From NCBI GenBank assembly GCA_002269645.1, contig NIVC01000350.1, positions 124,001 to 188,000 on the forward strand: 64,000 nt of DNA, written 5' to 3'. This document shows positions 52,885-64,000 of the stretch, piece by piece (positions within the stretch are counted from its first letter, which is position 1; every line of letters begins with the position of its first letter). Made by a program: the position numbers and the translations under genes. The notes beneath the pieces were generated by a model. That model was not told the DNA's origin. It ran no database searches and worked only from the letters and a program-made list of their open reading frames with translations. This DNA comes from Macrostomum lignano (taxonomy: Eukaryota).

Positions 52885-53706
52885 GACAGGACTGATAAAG
52901 AGCGGGCTAGGGTGGGCGCGCGCGGAGAACTTAATTTCAGGCTAACATAATTTATGCGCGGCTTTTCTATTGGCCGGCGAGAAAAACAGAAATTATCGAT
53001 CGCCTACTGTACTTAGGCTCACAAACGTACGCAAGTTATTTAAAATTCTTTGGTCACTACTTTAAGCAGACGTGAGAATACGGGACCATTAAATTAACAA
53101 TATTATAGATTGGTACCGTATGTTAAAACGGCCCTTGGCGAGGCTACTAAAATTGACAACGTCACAATGTACGCATATGGTACATGTAAAATAGAATTCA
53201 GAAAAATCTTACATATTTATGACTGTGTGTAATACATTATGGACACTAGTTAAGATTTTTATCTGCAGACCTGAAGACCGTTGGATATGCGATCGCACTT
53301 TCTGCATGTATTGTACATATGTACGCTCGTATGTACTAGTACTGCATGTATGTAACTAGTGTACGTATACATGTACGCTTATACATGTATAGACATGTAA
53401 TTTAGGTAACATGTACGTAGGTAAAGCCTATCAAGCCATAGGAAATAAATTGACGTGCATTACGGCCATGTTACATTAATTCTATACACATTTAAAAAAT
53501 GAATAACCTCATAAAATTGAAACGTATCTTAAAGGTAGAAAAGAATTTTTCATTGAATCGTAAATGATGATTTTATTATATTTAAAGATAATACAATTTG
53601 TATGCACTTTTTTGAGACGGTGTATTACAAAGTAGTCCGCTATACGTCATTATAAGAGCTACATTGAAAAATGCTATGCCTCATTCAATACAAATATAAC
53701 CGCCAA

Positions 53707-54001
53707 CTAGGCTATGAAGACTTTCACTTGGCCGACTATCCGATGGCCGCACTTCGGACAATCGACAGCCTGCTGGCCGCACGGTCCACACAGCAGGAAA
53801 TGAGCACACGGCAGAGTCACCTGGCCACGCTGGTTCTTTAAGCAGCTGACGCATCTGTCGCTCTTGTAATCGTCGAGAGAATGGGTCGGGTCATTGAGAA
53901 CTCCTGCAGCACCATGTAACTGACGGTTGTTTCCAATTGGTAGCATTTTAGATAATCCCTTTTTACAGTGGGATCGAGGTGTCCGAGAGCAACTGAGACA
54001 G
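53707..54001 (-). CDS. Terminal exon encoding a C-terminal C3HC4 RING finger (IAP/MEX3/RNF34-type tail); upstream exons not found
   Basis: CVSCLKNQRGQVTLPCAHFLLCGPCGQQAVDCPKCGHRIVGQVKVFIA*. Candidate acceptor ttaacgcacag at 54002-54004. Confidence 0.75.
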
Positions 54002-54527
54002 CTGTGCGTTAAGACAATTTTGATTTGGAAACAGATTTATTTATATACCGCTTGTGTGCTGATTTACCCCAGCTGGAATGTCTGTTCTATTTTTAGAACA
54101 GTGTACTACAGGCTACAGCTTTCTAAGCTGAGCGCGTACATTCCCCGTACAAGCACATGACGTGTTTGGATCCATGTTGAAAGCGTAGTACAGTATACAG
54201 TTCGCAGCTGCTGAAATCTATTTTAAATTACAGCAGTATGACGTCAAAAAATCTCCATTTAGAGGTCTGGACAACTAAAACTGCAATTTCTATTTTGTAA
54301 TTAGTACCTAGTACCTATTTAAGTAACACATTATGTAAATTAATGTCTTCGCTAAACCCTAATGAATCATTTCTTAGTATAGGCTTAGTTTAGACACAAG
54401 AAATTTAATTATAGGCATTTAGACATTATTATCGCAACTGTACACTGCACACAACCTTTGTCGTTATCCGCACCTTTTTGACATTACCTTCCCCTGGTAA
54501 ACATTTTTTCATCGCCCGTTAGATGTA

Positions 54528-54662
54528 ATCATCACCTGCAAGACATTATCATCATCTGCAAGACATTATCATCACCTGCAAGACATAATCATCACCTGCA
54601 AGACATTATCATCACTTGCAAGACATAATCATCACCTGCAAGGCATAATTATCACCTGCAAG
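54528..54662. repeat. Minisatellite, 20 bp (ATCATCACCTGCAAGACATT)
   Basis: Directly visible. Confidence 0.9.
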
Positions 54663-55458
54663 TCTTAATCATAGTATGTAATCATATAATCATCTATTTT
54701 TTACAATCCAGTCATTTAATGAAGTCTTTCAGCATTATCCCTTCGTCAGGCGGCAGCAGGCAGGTTAATTCTTATTCCCAATGAGGATGATTAACTAATC
54801 TACTTCTGAAGATATTCATACTGGCCTTGCGGCCATTCTCAAGAGAAAATTCATGCAGTGATTCTTTGAATTTTGACTAAAATCTTGCAGAGTGGAGGTC
54901 TTTCTTAGTCATGACCAGTAAATCTTCCCTAATTAGTTAATTTTCTGTGAAGTACGTTAAGGCTTCACTTTAAATATAGGACTGTCTGGGCGATTTGTCG
55001 GAGGGCAAAAAGATTTCTCTCAGCAATGAATTCCTTGTTAAGTTAATTGAATTTGGGGAGCACGAAGACCAGGTTGAAATTAGGATGGTAAAGCCGCCTT
55101 TGGGAAGCAAAACTGCATGACGTATTTTGCGAATTCCAAAAGTGTCACTTCTTCAAAGCCAATTCGAATGCTTTCCGTTAGAGAGAGCAGATTTTTGTAA
55201 TAATATGTATGGCTTAAAATACTTACAATTCATGACTTAAAGTACATGGTTTAAAGTGCTTTAAAGCGTTCGCGGGCTCAATTGTCTATGGATAAGAGTG
55301 TCTATTACCTGTTTAGATACATTTTATAAGTATTGCTTTTGCCAACCAAGTTGAAAATTTTATTTTGCAGCAATAAATTTGGTCTTGTCCATAGGTTGCT
55401 GATTCGGCCATAGACACCAGCACAAAGACCTGGATGCCAGCGGCAACCTCTCTCATAG

Positions 55459-55534
<76 letters not shown>

Positions 55535-55639
55535 CTCTCTGATCTCTCTAATCTCTCTGATCTCTCTAATCTCTCTAATCTCTCTGATCTCTCTGATCTC
55601 TCTGATCTCTCTAATCTCTCTGATCTCTCTGATCTCTCT

Positions 55640-55703
<64 letters not shown>

Positions 55704-55790
55704 CTCTCTGATCTCTCTGATCTCTCTGATCTATCTGATCTCTCGTCTGCTCCGTGTCTTGTCTCGTCCTGTAGTCTCTCCCGCACTCAC

Positions 55791-56055
55791 TGGCGCTGTT
55801 GAAGCTGTGTTCGCAGTTGGCCCAGGGCAGGTTGGGCGCCAAAGAGGCAAAGAAATAGTACAGGCACAGCGCGCCCATGGCGCTGTAGTACACGGCCAGG
55901 TAGAGCAGAATAATGAAGGACGCAATGCCGATGCCCCGGCTAATGGGCACAATTTTCCACACTCTGTAGAAGCCTTCGCGAAAGTATTGGCCTAGTATGA
56001 GCTCCAGAAAGTAGATCGGTATGCCGCAGATGATCATCATGATGAGGTAGGGGGC
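55791..56055 (-). pseudogene. Inverted duplicate of SLC6 gene 2 exon 13890-14153 (with flanking intron to about 55461)
   Basis: No mismatches seen across the coding part versus 13895-14153. Continues into the same GA/GATCA-rich intron sequence. Confidence 0.9.
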
Positions 56056-57445
56056 TATGAAATTTGCTTGCGGGAAGTTTGCTTGCCGAACTTTGCTTGC
56101 CGAGCTTTGCTTGCGGAATTTTGCTTGCCGAACTTTGCTTGCGGAATTTTGATGTCTGCTTCCTAGAAATTCGCAATCACAATTGCAAGATTTTAACTTG
56201 CCGAATTATTTTCTTGTCTGGTTGCTTGTTTTGATAGCTTGTGAAGTTGGTCCGTCAATTATTACTTACTACAGATGCTTTGCAAGTGGATTCTTATCAG
56301 CGTCGACGTAAACTGACTTGACACTGAGCTTTCAAACTAGGCTTATAGAGTTTCATTCTAAGAATTTAGTATATAGACTTAGAGATTTAGTATATTTAGA
56401 AATGATTTACATTGATGTACATGTACAATGTACGTTCATTTCCAAAAAATATATTCTGTACATTTCGGTGCCTTAATCATTCGATATGTGCATTGTTCGA
56501 AATTGTGTCCAATTTTTGTTGAAAATGTATTCCTAGTAAAAAACTAAATTATTCCATTTCTGCATTAGGGCTTTTCAAATCCGACATATCTTCATTCAAA
56601 ATCATAAACACTAGAGGCGACTTTCACGAATCTTAGTAAATAAAAATAGAAATACAAGAGCTCAATAAAAATAATAGGTTCTTTAAGGTTCCGCAAGAAA
56701 ACTGTGGCTGGCAAACCTCGGCAAGCAAAGCTCGGCAAGCAAAATTCCTGCAAGCAAAGTTCGGCAAGCAAACTTCCCGCAAGCAAAGTTCGGCAAGCAA
56801 ACTTCCCGCAAGCAAACGTCGTACTCCCCTGCTTGCCGCAAGCAAAGCTCGGCAAGCAAAGTTCGGCAAGCAAAGTTCCTGCAAGCAAAGTTCGGCAAGC
56901 AAACTTCCTGCAAGCAAAGTTCGGCAAGCAAAGTTCGGCAAGCAAACTTCCCGCAAGCAAACGTCGTACTCCCCTGCTTGCCGCAAGCAAAGCTCGGCAA
57001 GCAAAGTTCGGCAAGCAAAGTTCCTGCAAGCAAAGTTCGGCAAGCAAACTTCCCTCAAGCAAAGTTCGGCAAGCAAAGTTCGGCAAGCAAACTTCCCGCA
57101 AGCAAACGTCGTACTCCCCTGCTTGCCGCAAGCAAAGCTCGGCAAGCAAAGTTCGGCAAGCAAAATTCCTGCAAGCAAAGTTCGGCAAGCAAACTTCCCG
57201 CAAGCAAACGTCGTACTCCCCTGCTTGCCGCAAGCAAAGCTCGGTCGGCAAACAAAGTTCGGCAAGCAAAATTCCTGCAAGCAAAGTTCGGCAAGCAAAC
57301 TTCCCGCAAGCAAAGTTCGGCAAGCAAAGTTCGGCAAGCAAACTTCCCGCAAGCAAACGTCGTACTCCCCTGCTTGCCGCAAGCAAAGCTCGGCAAGCAA
57401 AGTTCGGCAAGCAAACTTCCCGCAAGCAAACGTCGTACTCCCCTG
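56050..57445. mobile_element. Foldback-like element with inverted arms built of GCAAGCAAA subrepeats
   Basis: Arm 56058-56150 is the reverse complement of the array at 56708-57445. Both outer ends carry a G4/C4 run, and the spacer is about 550 bp of AT-rich sequence. Confidence 0.6.
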
Positions 57446-57531
57446 TTGGCACTCGATATAATCTCTGAACAGTAGTCAGTGCAGTTGTATAGGCTGACGG
57501 GATGGCTCCCAAGGGATCCTAATTCCCTCTA

Positions 57532-57865
57532 CCGAGGAGTTTTATCCCAGTGGTTAGAGCGTCGGACTCACAACTGAAAGGTCGGGGGCTCGATTCTCGA
57601 CTCACTTGGAACAATTTGTGTCCTTGAGCGAGACACTTAACTCTGCATTGATTCAGTTCACCCAGCTGTAAAATGGGTGCCAGCATTAGCTGGGGTAATT
57701 GAGGCTGTGTGTGACGACCCCCCCCCCAGTCCTTGGACTGAACAGCCGTACGCAGCCTTCAGATGCGCCGCGCAATAGCTGCGGCTGAGCTGTCGGTTGC
57801 ACATCTGCCCATTGGGGAAGGTGTAATCAATTACTATTCTTATTATTATTATTATTATTATTATA
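57532..57865 (+). mobile_element. tRNA-derived SINE, copy 2
   Basis: cagtggttagagcg A box, B-box variant, gtgtccttgagcgagacacttaac core, (TAT)n tail. Degenerate direct repeats of about 25 bp flank it. Confidence 0.85.
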
Positions 57866-59044
57866 AAAGGCTGGCGATGGCTCCTAAGGGATCTTCTTAT
57901 CTACAATATATTTTGCTAAAATATTACTTTTTCAACGAGTTCTGCAACTAAGAAGAATTATCACCTGCCCAGAAACCACTTTTGCTGTAAATAGATTTTT
58001 AGCCAGCATTGCTGCACAATATTTATTTGTACTTTTCCCCTTTTTTCTATGCTACGGTAATTTCAGTCAAGAGATGCTGGCGCTTTCACGCCTGACAAAG
58101 GATAGCTATTTAATTTCAAATATTTTCGCTCATCCATATAGTCAAATCCTCGGCAAGATTTCCAGTGTCACAATGAAACAGAGTTCCACTCCGGTTATTA
58201 GAAACGTTTTTTGCGTGCTAATCGCGAATACTTGATTGGTTAGGCAGTTTTTTTTTGCTTTTTCGTTTTTTTAACAACGACTGAGCAGCTGATTAAAATA
58301 CAAACAACGATGCAGCTCTATAATCGCTCATTTGAGTCGCCTCTTTCTCATCTGAGCCGCTAGTATCTAAGTGGCTCTTTTCTACAAACATCAGGGCGGG
58401 CACGCGAGTCCTGCGGAGCATCAGTCCGCTCCGGAGAGGGGAGACGCTGAGCGAGACTCCAAGGATTAGTCGTTCTGCAGAGACAGAAATTAGGCGCAAA
58501 TCTGCTTTAGCAATCTGAGCTGCTGAATGCCCCGCAGCTATAATTGAATTCCGCAGTCCTGCGCTTGCCGCTGCGAGTCTGCAGTTCGCTGCTATCTAGA
58601 GAACACTCTGCGAACGCTCGGGGCGTTCTCTTTTACTGACATGCTCCAATAGAATGGGTTGATCAAACTATAAATAACTGCTATGCCTATTTTACCGCTA
58701 CACAAACTGTCAACATTGCTCTTGTAGCTCGCCCTAGTTACTTGGCGCGTTTAGTCTTTTAAGTTGCCTAAGCTGAACAAAGCAACCGTTAAGTCTTGAT
58801 ACGCGCCTCTTAATAATGAAATGTCTTAAGTTCCGGTTACATAATGAATAGTTTCCAACATGCATTATGCAGCTCGTCATTCTGCGCGGTTCTATTACGT
58901 GCGCAGCCACTCTAGCTTGAAGCCGATAATACTAAAACTGACATACATTTAGTATGTTAGCTCCGATATTGTGTATTTAGTAATCAGCTGTTTATGTTGA
59001 TAGCCTATTGGCAGTGTTGTAGCACTTGACACATAACTCTCAGC

Positions 59045-59140
59045 ATAAGCCAACAATAGCTGGGATATTTGAGGGTGTGTATGACGACCACTTTGCACAT
59101 CTGCCCATTAGGGCAAGTGTAATCAATTATTATTATTGTT
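59045..59140 (+). mobile_element. Deleted 3' fragment of the same SINE
   Basis: tagctggg..tgagggtgtgt..gacgacc joined directly to ttgcacatctgcccatt..gtgtaatcaattattattat. Confidence 0.65.
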
Positions 59141-59564
59141 TTTTATCGAAATCCGATTTCTCGAGAACTGGCGATCCGACAAACATGCGGTCCTTACCGG
59201 ACTCCATGACGTCATTTCTAGGAAAATCGAGTGTTAGCCAGTGTCCTTCTACTTCGGTTATATACACAGTTTTTTATTACATTTTTCGATGATTTTCATG
59301 ATTCATTGATTTATCGTTTTGATCTCCTGTAATAGGGTTTTATCTGCTCCGGAAGCGGTTGCTAAGTTCAATTAGTCTCTATTTAAAAATTTGTTTCAGA
59401 ATTTCTCCTATCAAGAGATGAAGCTGGGCTTAAACCACCTGACAGAACTGGGATCGGGAGCAGCATAGCGCCTATTGGCCAGGCCGTTGCCTACAAAGGC
59501 AGCTTTTCGATTTGCCTCATGAGGAAGTCTCCGTCTCCCCTCCCGCAACTCAGCAGCAGCCGAA

Positions 59565-60917
59565 ATGTTTCTTTTACCATACGAGCACGAACTATTCGAC
59601 CAGTTCGCCGAGTTTCGAGCTCACAAATGGCTCGAATGGGCCGCCGCTCCCTGCCTGCTAACGGTTGGCACCGTTGGCAACCTGCTGGCTGTGTGGGTCC
59701 TCTGGCGCGGCCGCTGCGGCACCTTCGCCTACCTGCTAGCGCTGGGACTCGCCGATCAGCTGGCGCTGAGCAGCGGCCTCCTGCAGGACTGGCTGCGCCA
59801 CGCCCTCGGCTTCAACATCGGCCTGGTGAGCAGCGCCACCTGCGCCGGCTCCCAGTTCCTATTCAGCGCAGCCAGCCAGCTCAGCGTCTGGCTGATCGTA
59901 GCCGTCACACTAGAACGCGTCGGCATGGTGCACAGCAGCAGCGCCGCCTTGCACCGTCCAGCACCGGACGCAGCCGCGTCAGTTGGCCGCGCCCGCCTGG
60001 TCATCTGCTTGCTGGCCGGCGCCTCCGTGCTGGCCAACTGCCACTGGCTGTTCCTGCTGCGCCTGTACGAGCACCGCTGGCCGGGCGCCAACGAGACCAG
60101 CCCGGTGTGCGGCATCGCCCAGCCGCACCGGGACCTGGCCGGACCGCTGGCCTGGCTGGACTCCGCACTGTACTGCATCCTGCCGTTCTGCGTCATCCTG
60201 GCCTGCAACTGCCGCATTGTGCACGTCCTGCGCACGGCGGCCGCCACCGCCGGCCAGTCCGGACTGATCGTGAGGAAGTCCTTCGGAGAGGCGACAACTG
60301 GCACGCCGTCTCGTGACCGCTCTCGCTCTCGCTCGTCCTCCATGGCTGTCCAGATGCTCCCTAGGCAGCGCAACTCGGCTCCTTTCAACAGCCCGCAGCA
60401 GCAGCGGTGGCAGCGCCTGAATCGGCAGCGGCGCAGCTCCGGCTACACCCGCAACTTCCGACAGCTGACGGTGACTCTGCTAGCCGTGTCCGGCCTGTTC
60501 CTGATCGCCGCTCTGCCGATCACCACCCTGAAGGTGGTCACCTATCTGTGCGACTTTGTTTCCATTGACGACTCGGACGGCGGCTTTCATAGCCGCTACC
60601 TGCTGGCCCAGACCTGCGCCCAGCTGCTCATGTACGCCAACCATTCTGCCAACTTTTTTCTCCATTGCCTGTGCGGCAACAAGTTCCGGCGCCAGCTGCG
60701 CGCCCGACTGTCCGCCTGCTGCGGTCGCGGCAACGCCGCCGGCTATCGAAGCTCGACCGTTCGCAGAGGCGGGGCCGGAGGCGTCAGCAGCGCTGGTCGA
60801 GGCGGTAGGGCCCGACTCGCCGGTCGAAGGAACGCCGCTGAGCCAAATGCTTCAGACCGGGCTGAGATTCACGACTTCAGAGCCAGAGCAAACTCTGACT
60901 GGCTATTTTATATTTAA
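59565..60917 (+). CDS. Intronless class A (rhodopsin-like) GPCR, FMRFamide/myosuppressin/srw-like peptide receptor type
   Basis: Seven hydrophobic segments: GTVGNLLAVWVL, YLLALGLAD, SVWLIVAVTLERV, LYCILPF, NHSANFFLHCLCGNKFR. Confidence 0.92.
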   Translation: MFLLPYEHELFDQFAEFRAHKWLEWAAAPCLLTVGTVGNLLAVWVLWRGRCGTFAYLLALGLADQLALSSGLLQDWLRHALGFNIGLVSSATCAGSQFLFSAASQLSVWLIVAVTLERVGMVHSSSAALHRPAPDAAASVGRARLVICLLAGASVLANCHWLFLLRLYEHRWPGANETSPVCGIAQPHRDLAGPLAWLDSALYCILPFCVILACNCRIVHVLRTAAATAGQSGLIVRKSFGEATTGTPSRDRSRSRSSSMAVQMLPRQRNSAPFNSPQQQRWQRLNRQRRSSGYTRNFRQLTVTLLAVSGLFLIAALPITTLKVVTYLCDFVSIDDSDGGFHSRYLLAQTCAQLLMYANHSANFFLHCLCGNKFRRQLRARLSACCGRGNAAGYRSSTVRRGGAGGVSSAGRGGRARLAGRRNAAEPNASDRAEIHDFRARANSDWLFYI

Positions 60918-62438
60918 CCACCGAACACTCCCACCTTACTGATGATCCAGTCTTTGAGGGTGTTCATAAACTTAAAAAATTATTCAATAAATAGAAGCAT
61001 GGACAGCTAAAGTTGATGTAGAAGAACGCCCTACGCTTGCGAATCTTGCAAATATAACCAGGCGTTGCGGCTTGCTCTCTGCTGCTTTAGCTCATTAGCG
61101 AGATAGGAAGGTTGTCTACTAGTATTTTCTCACTAAAAGGACAGTGTCCCACCATCGGAATGAAGGTAAGCATTAACGTTTGAGAAAGGGTATTATTGAA
61201 GACAGGCAAATATAGGGTATTATGAAGGGGTATTATGAAGGAATCTATCAAGTTATGCTTGATTTCAGGAAAAAACATCTCATGAAAATTGCACCTTTCG
61301 ATCAGAAATCTAAATGTCTACATGTAAAATCAGAAGTCTGGCAGCACGCGTGAATCAAACCTAGGACGAACGCATACTGCGTGTACTTGTTTCATTCAAA
61401 GCTCAAATTAGAATTAAAGTTTAGAATAAACAACCGAAAACTTCCTGTACCCCCCCTGCATTTTTGTTGTCCACCTCGGGAACTGTATGTTTAGTAGGTT
61501 ATGGCAAGTACGAGCTACAACGATAATCAAAATACTAACAAAAAAGCACAATCTTTTTTTTGCCCGGCGTGGTAGAACATTGGCCATAGACAACACTAAA
61601 GCCTGCTTGGAACCTCAGCAATTAATAGCAAAAACTCTGCCAATGGCCATAGACAACAAGCAATAATTTTAAGTAGAATTAAATTCTCGCACCCTAATGT
61701 TTTCATGAAGAAATACATACATGTGGTCTATGGTCGTTGTGGGGGCTTTGCCCCTCACACTGAATATTTCACTGGTTAGCGTGACTTCGCTAAAAATGTC
61801 TATGGTACAATCATATGGCTAATATAAACCATGATCTGCAGGCGTTAATAAAATAATCTGAGGGCGCCGTAAAGCATGAGTATAATCCATAGATTTCTCG
61901 TGCCGAAATATGTATGTAATCGTGCATATATACATTATGTATAGAAATCGGACCACAAAATTTCATTTCATTTAGTCTGTATGAATATTACTTTGGCCTT
62001 CGAAAGCTATAGGAATATTACGATGGATATCCACAGGGCTCCCTCGCATTCGTGCAATTTTGGCCCTCAGAACCATAGACTTCATTAACGTATTGACAGA
62101 TAACTAAGACTTTTAAACCTTCATTGATTGAAATGTCACTTGACGGTAATGACAGTCATGGAATGTGCAATTATAGCTGCCGAACCTAGTCGCCGTAATA
62201 GCCCGATTAACTCCCCGTAATTTCACGTTAGATACGTTAAAACGCTAACCAGGATTAACGATGCGTCGTCCTCGTGTCGCCGGCGCAACGGCAGGTTGTC
62301 AGTCTCCCGTAGAGGGTGCTTGGAGGAAATTTAAGGACGATCGACACTAGACGCTGCAGACACAAAGTTCTATTCGTCCGCCTTTAATTTTATCAATAAT
62401 TTTAAGACTTGATAGGATATATAGGATAAAGTTCGGCA

Positions 62439-62542
62439 ATCTTCAAGTTTCGTTCGTTTAATTATTTCCGGAATTATTTTCGCCCTCTATTCAAGGGTGG
62501 TGGGGGGTGGGTGTTGGAATTAAACGAACGAAACTTGAAGAT
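62439..62542. repeat. Perfect 25-bp inverted repeat with 54-bp spacer
   Basis: atcttcaagtttcgttcgtttaatt / aattaaacgaacgaaacttgaagat. Confidence 0.8.
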
Positions 62543-64000
62543 AACCTAAAGTTCTGCAGCAGTACATATGTACATGTACGATTCGGTTAGAAGTGGTTAA
62601 AATTGGCAATTTTGTGTTGAACGCATAGGCCTCTAAGCCCAAGGGGGCAGAGCAGCAGCGATAAATGCGTCTGAATCTCACGCTACAACCCCTGGTTTGA
62701 TTCGGCCACTTGAATGTACAGGAAAATTGACAGGATTGTTGAACTTGTGTGTGCTCAGGAGTCAGTGGAGTGAGAAGAATAGCCTCAGACGATGCGAGGT
62801 TGTGCAGAGACAATGTCGCCGAAGGCTTTGCGCTAGCAGGGTCACTACACAAATTCACACTCGAGATATCAACAAGATATTGTACATGTACATTACCAGA
62901 AGTCCATCCATTTATCAGTAAACCTGTATGCTGACTTTTTAAATAATCAAGTCTTCGTGACAGCACATGCAGTACAGAACTCAGTACACGGTAGACATAT
63001 ATGCACATTGTAGCACATGTACATGTGCATTCAGTTAAGGGCACATCATGGGATGTACGAGTACACATGTTGGATAGTACACGTAGTACAATGTACATGT
63101 ATAGATTCGTTTTTGCAACATAGTGTATTTAATCTATATAAATTTTATTTTCGTTCCTCCTGCTTTACCAAATAGTTTGAATTCAACCAACCGCCCTTTT
63201 ATTCAATCCCAAGCGATTTTAAATAGGCTAAATGTATACTGTGCGATTATATTAAGAGACAAGTTACAATATTTGGATATTCACATGTCAATCGACGTTA
63301 GTAACCTTACCGCGTACTGGATTTAGGGGAACTAAAAAGAAAGTTACTTTTATCCCTGATAAAACACTTATCGCCGCGGCGCCGTCCTGGTCCATCAAGC
63401 GACCTGTTGCACCGTCGGTGACTCCAGCCCGGCAGTTACACTACATTATGGCACTGGCCACAACCGGTGCAAGAGGTTCTGCTGCTGAGGCATTCGGATT
63501 CGGTCAATACGTTAGTTATCTGTAGGTCATCCATCCATCGAGGCCATCGAGGTCATAGCGCAAGAAGTTCTATAGTGCATCAACGATTTTTCAGCTTAAT
63601 TTAGACCAATTGTTTCATAAACCTATGCAAGCCGGTTATTGACTATGTCTAAATAAATTAACATAAATGTGCCTGAAAATTTTACGATTTCTTAAATAGT
63701 TAGACCCTTTGTTATACTCGTTTAAAAACGTTTAGTTTGGCGGCAATTAAAGTTTTTTTGCTTGTCAGATCGAGCCAAAATTAATTAACTAAACTCACAG
63801 ATCATTTATTCGGTTGTAGATTATAGCTTTTGCTGAATTTCCTCTACTAGATGGGTGCTGCCACGCGACGTTTGCAAAAGGTATGTTTTCCCTGCTGAAT
63901 AATTATAAATCAATGATCAACATACTATCGGAGCCTTTGAGCGCCTATGCCTTTGGCTCTATGCTTCTAGTATTTAAAATTGGTTCCTAGTTTGACATTC

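Noticed and set aside
58293-58620. GC-rich segment as the missing upstream RING exon
   Set aside because: No recognisable domain and no consistent donor or phase link to the RING exon.

Overview
Eukaryotic (invertebrate) genomic DNA. It has short GC-rich exons separated by introns filled with locus-specific minisatellites. That style suggests a free-living flatworm such as Macrostomum, but this is inference only. Genes rebuilt by hand from splice sites: (1) two tandem, highly divergent SLC6/NSS transporter genes on + (gene 1 at <695-11956; gene 2 at 12926-27654); (2) a MARCH2/3-like RING-CH ligase; (3) two near-identical ATP synthase subunit c genes; (4) an orphan coiled-coil ORF; (5) a six-exon synaptobrevin/VAMP; (6) a terminal RING-HC exon; (7) an intronless peptide-type GPCR. 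Mobile DNA includes a decayed full-length mariner, an internally deleted mariner, a tRNA-derived SINE family, MITE/foldback-like elements and about 30 tandem arrays. Most long ORFs in the supplied track are repeat artefacts. Most notable observations: a candidate pair of mutually exclusive exons encoding the EL4/TM8-TM9 region of SLC6 gene 2; a minimal type I hammerhead ribozyme of the Penelope-associated type; an identical inverted copy of one SLC6 exon 42 kb away, abutting a foldback element that supplies a new splice acceptor; minisatellites whose units copy the adjacent splice site; and AP-1 and ETS motif arrays flanking one exon.
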